Shown: positions 16,547-24,000 of the stretch, piece by piece
How the letters are laid out: each line of letters starts with the position of its first letter
How positions within the stretch are numbered: the first letter of the stretch is position 1
NCBI GenBank assembly: GCA_964352205.1
Contig: CAYGQO010000002.1
Coordinates: forward strand, 594,976 to 618,975
Reading direction: 5' to 3'
Source of the DNA: an uncultured Roseivirgaceae bacterium
Lineage (GTDB): Bacteria; Bacteroidota; Bacteroidia; Cytophagales; Cyclobacteriaceae
Length of the DNA: 24,000 nt
The notes under the pieces: generated by a model
What the model was told of the DNA's origin: nothing
Database searches by the model: none
The model's input: the letters and a program-made list of their open reading frames with translations, nothing else
Program-made: the position numbers and the translations under genes

Positions 16547-17695
16547 TCACTTATTGAGTTCAAATAGCTTAAAGCTCAAATAGTCTTCTCTGTTGTCTGG
16601 ATTATCCGGGTGGTTAATGGACAAGTATAAACCGCGTTTACCAACAAAGAAATTGCTCGTCACCAACTGAGTATCGGCCCCGAAAAACTCTTCTCCTATC
16701 ACCTTCAAATTTTCATCTAAGATTAGGATTGAAAATTTGTTTGGGAAAAGTGCCAAATCTCTTAAATCACCTTCGTCCTCAATTGCTACTTTCGGATAAC
16801 AAAAGCGATAATATACGGATCGAAAAGAATCGTAGATGATATTACCGTAATGAGCACTTGCAGCAAAATACCTTCGCCTATCCATTCGATCACCAGCTAG
16901 TGGAATGGCTTCCCATTCATCATTAAAATACTGACTGCGGGCGGTTTTAGCTTCTAATTGCCCATCTGCGGTTCGCGCAAAATATAAGTTATGATCCCCC
17001 CATAAGCTATACACAACTCCGTTGTCAGAAGCTGTAGTACTATATTGAAAGTGCTTTTTTGCATCACTCCAATAGTCGTTGGGGTAAGTATGATTTGAAT
17101 TTTGAACTTTAGAAGTTTTCAGGTCTATACTGTATGATAAGTGTAGCTGACTTAACTCCTCACGTTTAATGGTGCCATAATTACCCTGAAACATGGCTTT
17201 GGTAATAAGTCTGTCGCCTTTCAAAAAAGGGATGGCAGAAAAATACCTAGAGCCTACTTGGGCATTCCCATATCCTTCCGGTGCCTCATAATCGATTCTA
17301 TGAATTCTTTCTGCCTCACCATCAGTTAGATAAAGCCTGTTCCCATTCGCAGGAAATAGAAAGATACTATCGAGATTGTGGATGAACATTCCAGAGATAT
17401 TACCCACACCTCGTTCTCCTTCGACTTCAAAAGGCAGTGTTTTTACCAACTGCCCTTTGTTCAGCTCAAATACTTGAACTTCATTGAGGATAGAATTTAA
17501 TGAAAACAGAAGTTCTTGATCAGTGGCCTTATCATAAAAGTAAACCAACTGGTCACTGATATTTGAGGTGTTTTCATTGATACGGAAAGTCAACAGTTCT
17601 TCCGAAGCAGATAAAGCAACCGACTGATTGGAATACTCCTTTTGACAGGAGCTCAAAAGCAATGCAAATAAGGTTAAGAAAAGAATTCTGTTCAT
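16547..17695 (-). CDS. Bacteroidota lipoprotein, DUF4221-like / putative six-bladed beta-propeller
   Basis: Lipoprotein signal MNRILFLTLFALLLSSCQKE. The length (about 380 aa) and Tyr/Phe/Asn-rich strand pattern fit the DUF4221 family as I remember it. The family name is tentative. Confidence 0.45.
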   Translation of the reverse strand: MNRILFLTLFALLLSSCQKEYSNQSVALSASEELLTFRINENTSNISDQLVYFYDKATDQELLFSLNSILNEVQVFELNKGQLVKTLPFEVEGERGVGNISGMFIHNLDSIFLFPANGNRLYLTDGEAERIHRIDYEAPEGYGNAQVGSRYFSAIPFLKGDRLITKAMFQGNYGTIKREELSQLHLSYSIDLKTSKVQNSNHTYPNDYWSDAKKHFQYSTTASDNGVVYSLWGDHNLYFARTADGQLEAKTARSQYFNDEWEAIPLAGDRMDRRRYFAASAHYGNIIYDSFRSVYYRFCYPKVAIEDEGDLRDLALFPNKFSILILDENLKVIGEEFFGADTQLVTSNFFVGKRGLYLSINHPDNPDNREDYLSFKLFELNK

Positions 17696-18120
17696 AATTG
17701 ACCCTTTATTGACCCAGATAGTGTGGGGTCTAATAAATCAACTATAAAGTTAGTAGACCTATCGATTTAAACATGAACTTCTCTCAGTAAACTATGAATA
17801 ATTGGCGTGCCGCATAGTCTCTCATCTCCCTTTAGATGGCGAAGCCCATACGCATTAGGAATTGAGAATTAATTAAGGATTTTACATTTCCTAGGTGTTG
17901 ATATGGAAAGCCAAATCTAGACAACTAAAAAACCTAAAAGGAGTTAGACTAATTGAGATAAACAAGGCAGTGAAACCTATGAAAGGAAGGGCAAAAAATG
18001 ATACATCATTCCATCTTTTCATATGATCATCTCACTAGCCAGTTTATGCTCCTACTGTAAGTTGTATCCCTTACGGTGTGATTTTTTAGACGCTATAAAT
18101 TCATACTTAACAATTTGCAG

Positions 18121-18783
18121 ATGAAACCTTACATCAAAATCAGTTTTTTAACAGCAATACTCTTTACCCTATCATTCAGTATGCTGAATGCTCAAGCGGT
18201 TACCACTGCTGCTGCATCAGAAAAATCGTATAAATCATTGGAAGAGGCGCTCAAAAACCCTGTAAGGGTCTATCGACTTGATTTGAGTAACCAACAGTTC
18301 AAAACACTCCCAGATAGTATCTGGAGTAAGTTTGAGAACTTGGAATACTTGAGTTTAAAAAACGATCACCTAAAGGAAATACCAAAGGGCATCGGTAACC
18401 TTAAAAACTTGAGAGTTCTTGATTTGAGTGGCAACGATTTCAAGGTGCTTCCACAGTCATTTTCGGGCTTAAACAACTTAAGTGAAATCTACTTGAACAA
18501 CGAGAGTAAGATGAACTACACAAAGACCTTCAGCGTCATTAAGAATTTACCTAACCTGAGGGTATTACACCTTGAAAATGACAACCTAAAAAAAGTACCT
18601 AAGAGTCTACTCTACCTTCAACAGATAGATACGCTTTATCTAAATAACAACCTGTTTAATACCTTTCCCATGGAGTTGAAGAACTTGAAAAATCTAAAGT
18701 TTCTAGACCTGCACGACAATAAATTCAAGTTCAAAAGCTTTGAAAGTCAAAATCTCGGTGAGGGAATCAAAATACGGCTTTAG
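18121..18783 (+). CDS. Secreted leucine-rich repeat (LRR) protein
   Basis: Signal peptide MKPYIKISFLTAILFTLSFSMLNAQA. At least 6 LRR units of the form L..L..LdLs.N.f..lP (for example NLKNLRVLDLSGNDFKVLPQSF and NLKNLKFLDLHDNKF). I prefer the ATG at 18121 over the TTG at 18115 used in the ORF track. Confidence 0.8.
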   Translation: MKPYIKISFLTAILFTLSFSMLNAQAVTTAAASEKSYKSLEEALKNPVRVYRLDLSNQQFKTLPDSIWSKFENLEYLSLKNDHLKEIPKGIGNLKNLRVLDLSGNDFKVLPQSFSGLNNLSEIYLNNESKMNYTKTFSVIKNLPNLRVLHLENDNLKKVPKSLLYLQQIDTLYLNNNLFNTFPMELKNLKNLKFLDLHDNKFKFKSFESQNLGEGIKIRL

Positions 18784-18817
18784 AAAAAAAGTCTTGATTC
18801 TCATTGATATTCAAGAC
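18784..18817 (-). terminator. Rho-independent terminator after the cytochrome c fusion gene (hairpin shared with the convergent LRR gene)
   Basis: GTCTTGA (18791-18797) pairs with TCAAGAC (18811-18817). On the minus strand this is followed by TTTTTTT (18784-18790). It lies 32 nt after the minus-strand stop and directly after the plus-strand LRR stop. Confidence 0.65.
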
Positions 18818-18848
18818 CAAGTTCATTTCACGATAGACTGCTAAGACC

Positions 18849-20876
18849 TTAACTCCCATTCCGAACTGGAAAGCCCATTTGTGCCCAAACCAAAATACCC
18901 TCATCAATAATGGCGGCATTCTTGAACCCATTGCGCTTTAAGGTACTGAGTACTCTTTCTGATGCCGCATGCGGACAGGCACAATAAATCACAATTTGCG
19001 TACCGTCATTAGGAATATCATTGATAAACTCCTCGGGTTCTTTGTAATACGGAACCGGTACAGCTCCAGGAATATGCATTTGGCGCCAGGCCACTTCTGA
19101 TCGCGCGTCCAGGATCACCATTCGTTTGTTGTCCTTAATCGCCTGGTTCACCTGTTCTGCCGAGACGAATTTGCCGTCTTTCAATTCGAAAACAGGAGCT
19201 TCATTACCTTCATTCAATACATACTCCTCGGGTGTCGGCACAACAACACTATCGAGGTTAGGAATATCCCAGCCTGAAGCGCGGCTTCTTAAGAAAGCCG
19301 TTAAGCCATCAATCTTCTCATCACTCAAGCTGTCTTTAAAGGCGATCATTGGTGTGCCATCTCGCCCTTCCGCAATCGCATATCTTAAGAAGTGATCGGT
19401 AGCAGTGGCTAGCAGCATCGGGTTTGCCAAGGCCGGAGCTGAGATTCCTTCACCATTTTCACCGTGACAAACGGCACAGTTTTCTTCATAAACAGAAGCT
19501 CCTAACTCAATATCTCCTAACACAGGTTCTCTGGAAAGATCAATCGGTTTCTCTACTTCGGCCATTTGATAAAGCCACTCTAGAAGTAACTCGATCTCTA
19601 TGTATTCCATCGGACCACCCTGATTCTTCAAATAGCCCGCCATAGCACTATTTCCACGGCCAAATTGAATCGTATACCTCATAAAGTTATTATTCTTACT
19701 TGTCGCAAGCAGCGATTTTGAACGCAGTGAAGGCGCATTATCAGCCGCATAACCTTCACGATTATCTCCATGACAAAGTGCACAATACTTGGTATACAAT
19801 TCCTGAGCGTGTACAATAGCGACACTATCCAGGTCTGGCTTAGGCATAAGTTTTCTAGCCATCAGCCCCTGATCATATGGTTCCTCCTCAAATTCCAATT
19901 GAACACCAAAAGCATACTCCGGTAGTATTGTGATTAGGTCAGCTGATTTCGCAAAAGCTTCTTCTGGAAGTTCCTTTTCAAAGTACTGATAAGTAGAATC
20001 CAGTTGCTCTACCTCAAACCTGAGTGCAAAAACACCCTCTCCTCTTTTTGCCACAAAGTCTTTGACGGATTGGTCGCTCTCAGAAGATACTAGGTGAAGT
20101 TCATGGTTTCGATATAACTTATACCGTGCAGTAGTCTCGCTCTTGTCGATTAATTCAAAGCCCATCTTTTCAAACTCGTCATGTGAAGCATTGAGATCTT
20201 CCACTGCAATACGGATGGCGGACATGCCAATAACACCATTGGCGTGTTTATTAAACATTCTACCATAGACATAGTAAGTTCTCCAGTCACTATCGGTTCC
20301 TACATAGTCATAGCCCACACTTTCAATAAACCTTGGTAGATGTGCGGGGGGATTTGAGGCATCAAAATCAAGACTTCTACTGGTCGGATCGCCATCATCC
20401 CAAGACCAGCCCTGTGGCTGTCGCGCAGTATTGCGATAAGACTTCACTGAATCCATGGCGTAGCCATTCGTAGTCAGCGCTCTGAAGGTAGAGTCTACAG
20501 AGGAACTTGACAGGGAATACAACCTTACACCATCGTCAGATGACAGGAATCTCTGTATAAATTCCGGAACGGTGTTTTCTTCGGCCGAATCACTAATACC
20601 AAGCAATCTCAAGGAACTCATATCAGCAATGGAAATAGAAGCGGCTAAGGCGCCATCAAAAGCACCCGCTTGAGCGCCCCTCACATTGAAACCTAATGTA
20701 TCACGATAGTAACTCATAGCCGTCTCTAGATCGTTAACCAAAACTGAGGCGCTATTGATACCTGTACCCTGACCTAACAAAAAGGGCTTTTTGGGTGATT
20801 CTGACTGGCAACTAGAAAGTAAAAGACCCGATATAACAAGAGTAAGAAATAGAAGTAAGTTTCTACGAAAATTCAT
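18849..20876 (-). CDS. Lipoprotein fusion: two VOC/glyoxalase-like domains + two mono-haem cytochrome c domains + C-terminal rhodanese domain
   Basis: Lipoprotein signal LVISGLLLSSCQSE (Cys23). VOC-like blocks are at res about 40-135 and 215-330. CxxCH haem motifs are CALCH (res 365-369, nt 19770-19784) and CAVCH (res 467-471, nt 19464-19478), with downstream Met candidates M412 and M510. The rhodanese-like tail is MVILDARSEVAWRQMHIPGAVPVPY...IVIYCACPHAASERVLSTLKRNGFKNAAIIDEGILVW. Confidence 0.75.
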   Translation of the reverse strand: MNFRRNLLLFLTLVISGLLLSSCQSESPKKPFLLGQGTGINSASVLVNDLETAMSYYRDTLGFNVRGAQAGAFDGALAASISIADMSSLRLLGISDSAEENTVPEFIQRFLSSDDGVRLYSLSSSSVDSTFRALTTNGYAMDSVKSYRNTARQPQGWSWDDGDPTSRSLDFDASNPPAHLPRFIESVGYDYVGTDSDWRTYYVYGRMFNKHANGVIGMSAIRIAVEDLNASHDEFEKMGFELIDKSETTARYKLYRNHELHLVSSESDQSVKDFVAKRGEGVFALRFEVEQLDSTYQYFEKELPEEAFAKSADLITILPEYAFGVQLEFEEEPYDQGLMARKLMPKPDLDSVAIVHAQELYTKYCALCHGDNREGYAADNAPSLRSKSLLATSKNNNFMRYTIQFGRGNSAMAGYLKNQGGPMEYIEIELLLEWLYQMAEVEKPIDLSREPVLGDIELGASVYEENCAVCHGENGEGISAPALANPMLLATATDHFLRYAIAEGRDGTPMIAFKDSLSDEKIDGLTAFLRSRASGWDIPNLDSVVVPTPEEYVLNEGNEAPVFELKDGKFVSAEQVNQAIKDNKRMVILDARSEVAWRQMHIPGAVPVPYYKEPEEFINDIPNDGTQIVIYCACPHAASERVLSTLKRNGFKNAAIIDEGILVWAQMGFPVRNGS

Positions 20877-21015
20877 GTGGTGGTGATGCTTAGATTGATT
20901 TTGCTACTGGCAAGTGATTTTTGTCACCCATTAATTTAATGCACCGAAATTGCATTATCATTAGAATCCTGAAAAAATATGGATTCGGTCAAAAAATAGA
21001 AAGCTTTTAAACCTC

Positions 21016-21105
21016 CTCCCGATCAGTGTCTCCGAAGAGGACGCTCCTCTCAATCAGAGTCTCTCAAAGAGGACTCTGATCATTAAAACAAGTTCCCTCG
21101 ATAAA
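21016..21105. repeat. Palindromic intergenic repeat element, copy 1 (expanded, about 1.5 hairpin units)
   Basis: CTCCCGATCAGTGTCTCCGAAGAGGACGCT-CCTCTCAATCAGAGTCTCTCAAAGAGGACTCTGATCA...CCCTCGATAAA. It shares both flanks and the hairpin core with copy 2 at 23275-23336 and carries an extra internal unit of about 30 nt. Confidence 0.7.
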
Positions 21106-21386
21106 CTCGGGATAAAAAAGATACGGCATAGTAAAGTATCGTTAGTATTTCCAGCTCGAATCAAACCTCTGCCAAATACTCATGGACAAACTTGATGGCC
21201 ATGGCGCCCTCGCCAACTATTGAAGCCACTCCTCTTATTGTATTTTTTAAATTAAGAAAGTACATTGAGCCATGCATCTTTACGTGCTTGCAAATGTTTC
21301 TAGCCACCTTCAGGCGGCTGTACCGTTATAAAGGCCTGTGTCAACATTTAACAAATGTCTGGATGGTAAACAGAAATTAAAACTGA

Positions 21387-21950
21387 ATGAAGAAATCCTT
21401 ATTGACCCTAACCTTTTGTCTACTAACTGTTGTGGTGAAGTCTCAAACAGCTAGTGTGGAAAAATCAACATTTGGCATCCAAACTGGGCTTTTAGGCATA
21501 TGGGTACACAATGAAAGCATGTTATCTAATGCCATAGTATTAAGGACTGAAATCGGGCTTGACAGCGAGGTTTGGGGAGGAAGCTTTTATAATGGAACTG
21601 GGTTTTTAATGTCGCCAGTTATTACCCTTGAACCTAGACTCTATTACAACCTCAATAAAAGGATCACAAAATCACGTAGTATTGAAGGAAATAGCGGAAA
21701 CTTTATTGCTTTAAAGTCAAGCTATCATCCTGATTGGTTCGTTATTTCGAATACTGAAGGGGTTAATATATTGAGTGACATTTCAATAATTCCAACTTGG
21801 GGCATCAGAAGAAATATAGGGAAACACTTCACATATGAGACTGGGATTGGCATCGGTTATAGATACATATTCGCTAAACAAGCAGGTTTTTCAGAAAACG
21901 AAGGCGAAGCTATTTTGAATTTACATTTGAGAATTGGATACAGGTTCTAA
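21387..21950 (+). CDS. Small outer-membrane beta-barrel-like protein (hypothetical)
   Basis: Signal peptide MKKSLLTLTFCLLTVVVKSQT, alternating hydrophobic strand pattern, and a terminal ...HLRIGYRF with C-terminal Phe typical of OMP beta-barrels. Confidence 0.55.
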   Translation: MKKSLLTLTFCLLTVVVKSQTASVEKSTFGIQTGLLGIWVHNESMLSNAIVLRTEIGLDSEVWGGSFYNGTGFLMSPVITLEPRLYYNLNKRITKSRSIEGNSGNFIALKSSYHPDWFVISNTEGVNILSDISIIPTWGIRRNIGKHFTYETGIGIGYRYIFAKQAGFSENEGEAILNLHLRIGYRF

Positions 21951-22194
21951 TACGCATTATAAAACCTGATAGCGCGAGCATTCTCTACCACCTCTGCGCG
22001 AGCCTTATTCATTGCAATTAAACATCAAAGAAGCACATTGGACCACACCTTCAAATACCTACAAACCGTCTGAGCATCTACAAGTAGAAAATGCATTTAT
22101 CATGTGATTTTATCGCTTTATGGTTTATAAAGAAAAAGATACGAATCCCTTAAATATGTTTATCATTGCATGTCGCTAACATCAAACTTTCAAC

Positions 22195-23070
22195 ATGAAA
22201 ATAGCTGTATTATCCAGAAATCCTAAACTGTATTCTACTAGACGTCTCATCGAGGCAATCGAGGCAAGAGGTCATGAATCAATAGTAATTGATCACCTGA
22301 AGTGCATAATAGAGCTGGAAAAGAAATCGCCTAAAATGTACTACAACGGTGAGTATTTAGCGAATATTGATGCCATTATACCCAGAATAGGAGCCTCAGT
22401 CACTTTCTATGGAACTGCTGTGGTGAGGCAATTTGAGATGATGAAAGTCTTTTCTGCCGTTGAATCCCAAGCCTTGGTGAGGTCCAGGGATAAACTGAGA
22501 AGTTTGCAAATACTGTCAAGAGTTGGCGTGGGCCTACCTAAGACAACGTTTGCCGATAGTTCGAAATATGCCGATCATGTTGTGAAAAGTGTTGGCGGAG
22601 CACCGCTCATTATCAAGTTATTAGAGGGTACTCAAGGTCTAGGTGTCGTGATGGCCGAAACAAATAATGCTGCTAATTCAGTAATGGAGGCATTTGATGG
22701 CCTAAATGCAAGAGTTATCGCGCAGCAGTTTATTAAGGAAGCCGGTGGTGCTGACATCAGAGCATTTGTGGTTGATGGCGTTGTTGTTGGAGCGATGAAA
22801 AGACAAGGCAAAGAAGGAGAATTCAGATCTAATTTGCACCGAGGAGGAAGTGCATCGATCATTGAATTAACGGACCAAGAAGAATTGACAGCAATTAAAG
22901 CGACTAAGGCCATGGGCTTAGGCGTTGCAGGCGTTGATATGTTACAATCAACTAGTGGTCCTTTGGTGTTAGAGGTTAACTCCTCGCCAGGGCTTGAAGG
23001 CATCGAAAATGCCACTCAAAAGGATATCGCCAAAGAAATCATCAAGTACGTAGAAAGAAACGTAGACTAA
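22195..23070 (+). CDS. rimK: RimK-family ATP-grasp ligase (ribosomal protein S6--L-glutamate ligase type)
   Basis: [28 protein letters not shown]..., [40 protein letters not shown]..., [20 protein letters not shown] and [24 protein letters not shown] together match RimK closely along the full length (291 aa). Confidence 0.9.
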   Translation: MKIAVLSRNPKLYSTRRLIEAIEARGHESIVIDHLKCIIELEKKSPKMYYNGEYLANIDAIIPRIGASVTFYGTAVVRQFEMMKVFSAVESQALVRSRDKLRSLQILSRVGVGLPKTTFADSSKYADHVVKSVGGAPLIIKLLEGTQGLGVVMAETNNAANSVMEAFDGLNARVIAQQFIKEAGGADIRAFVVDGVVVGAMKRQGKEGEFRSNLHRGGSASIIELTDQEELTAIKATKAMGLGVAGVDMLQSTSGPLVLEVNSSPGLEGIENATQKDIAKEIIKYVERNVD

Positions 23071-23274
23071 CTCAGTACCACAAAGACTATCATCCATGCG
23101 CTAGCATAACTTTTTGCAAAACAACTGTTATGCAATATCTTCATTGACATTTGTGAAGCACAGCTTAAGGATGATAGTTGAACATTACCTTTACACCTCC
23201 ACCAAATACGCACACAAACTTCATTACTGTAGTCCCCTTTCCTACAGCTAAGGCTACCCTTCTCATTGCATTAA

Positions 23275-23336
23275 CTCCCGATCAGTGTCTCTCAAAGAGG
23301 ACGCTGATCAATAATACATAAAGTCCACTCGATAAA
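23275..23336. repeat. Palindromic intergenic repeat element, copy 2 (single hairpin unit)
   Basis: CTCCCGATCAGTGTCTCTCAAAGAGGACGCTGATCA...CCACTCGATAAA. The core at 23280-23309 folds as GATCAGTGTC(T)CTC-AAA-GAGGACGCTGATC, a stem of about 13 bp with one G-U pair and one bulge. Confidence 0.7.
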
Positions 23337-23640
23337 TCCAGAAAGAACACTGGGTTGTATTGATCATAAAACATTGCCAAAGCTTAACCCCCCTTTTGCT
23401 CCTGCACCCAGCAGCGCACTATTCTCCTTGTCATTATTACAATAATTTCCTTCCTTCATGGGAGTTCGCACGGAATACATATATAGATCGTATTGCTTTC
23501 TGAAAACAATAAAAGATGCGCATAGCACACCATATGGGTTGGCTAACGCTCACTTATGTTAAATTACATGAAATATATCGCTCACTTTTATAAGCGTTAT
23601 ACAACTTTACAAGCAATATCTGCAGACGAAAATCATCAAC

Positions 23641-24000
23641 ATGGGAATTTTTGATAAACTGTTCAAGAAAAAAGAAGCGGCCGAACCAAAGCAAGCATAT
23701 CAACCAGAATGGGACTTCTATTTTTCGAACGTTGATGACAAATTTAGTTCAATTGCCGTTGATCTAGCTTTGAACAAAATTGCTCCGATTGAAAGTCAAC
23801 CTAACCTTATCTGGGTTTCGATTACCATGAATAATCCTAGACCAGATGGACTTTCATCAACCGAAGAGAGCGGAACTCTTGCGGACATTGAAGATGCCGT
23901 TGCCGATTCTTTAAAGAACAAATTTGGAGTAACACAATGTGGTCGATTAACATCTAATAACTTCAGAGACTTGTACTTTTTCCTTGGCGACTCAACTCTG
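23641..24000 (+). CDS. DUF695-like protein, N-terminal fragment (3' end outside window)
   Basis: Open from the ATG at 23641 to the window edge. MGIFDKLFKKKE...WDFYFSNVDDKFSSIAVDLAL...PNLIWVSITMNNPRPDGLSSTEESGTLADIEDAV matches my memory of DUF695-family N-termini. Confidence 0.5.
   Translation, partial: MGIFDKLFKKKEAAEPKQAYQPEWDFYFSNVDDKFSSIAVDLALNKIAPIESQPNLIWVSITMNNPRPDGLSSTEESGTLADIEDAVADSLKNKFGVTQCGRLTSNNFRDLYFFLGDSTL

Noticed and set aside
17696-18114. A 419-bp intergenic region between the DUF4221-like and LRR genes, inspected for tRNA or other ncRNA, small ORFs and repeats.
   Set aside because: I found only a 15-codon ORF and an imperfect inverted repeat of about 10 bp around 17979-18025. 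There is no cloverleaf-like or conserved-looking structure that I can support.
21161-21380. A 62-aa plus-strand ORF (21192-21380, TTG start) and an overlapping 38-aa minus-strand ORF (21161-21277, ending ...IVGEGAMAIKFVHEYLAEV). I considered them as small genes or a gene remnant.
   Set aside because: Neither shows a recognisable motif, and they overlap each other in a divergent promoter region. The plus-strand ORF has a non-ATG start. I cannot support either without a database hit or expression data.
22632-23015. A 127-aa minus-strand ORF inside rimK.
   Set aside because: It is antisense to a gene with full-length RimK similarity. The product is Ser/Pro/Ala-rich low complexity with no motifs, so it is a shadow ORF.
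1-24000. A window-wide check for transposases, integrases, phage genes, tRNA insertion sites and toxin-antitoxin or defence-type gene pairs.
   Set aside because: None was recognised. There are no IS-type inverted repeats flanking ORFs, no recombinase motifs and no tRNA-like sequences. The only repeat families are the short regulatory or REP-like repeats reported above.

Overview
The window reads as a moderately AT-rich chromosomal segment of Bacteroidota type, probably Cytophagia- or Flavobacteriia-like. This is inferred from gene content, Cys-lipoprotein signal peptides, TAnnTTTG -7 promoter boxes and the absence of Shine-Dalgarno sites. I support 19 protein-coding genes and found no rRNA, tRNA, CRISPR array, transposase or integrase. 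Left to right: a VOC-protein 3' fragment; a PadR regulator followed by three tandem, translationally coupled duplicated FtsX/MacB-like permeases with no ATPase (298-8422); a CDP-alcohol phosphatidyltransferase; a minus-strand pair of a compact VgrG-like spike (278 aa) and a minimal PAAR cap (9331-10477) with no sheath, tube, baseplate or effector nearby; a zinc-ribbon SDR with an atypical active-site motif; a 169-aa protein resembling a split RebB (R-body, 'killing trait') domain; an NHL-type beta-propeller lipoprotein; a membrane-embedded AraC regulator divergent from an NAD(P)H-binding protein; a DUF4221-like lipoprotein; a secreted LRR protein; a VOC-VOC-cytochrome c-cytochrome c-rhodanese lipoprotein fusion; a small beta-barrel OMP; rimK; and a DUF695-like 5' fragment. 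Non-coding structure includes a perfect 21-bp tandem direct repeat abutting the PadR start codon, an 11-bp tandem repeat in the AraC divergent promoter, and a palindromic REP-like element in two copies bracketing the OMP-rimK pair. The most unusual candidates are the orphan spike-PAAR module, the RebB-like singleton about 1.8 kb away, and the ATPase-less PadR-permease array. All family assignments come from motif recognition by eye, not from database searches.
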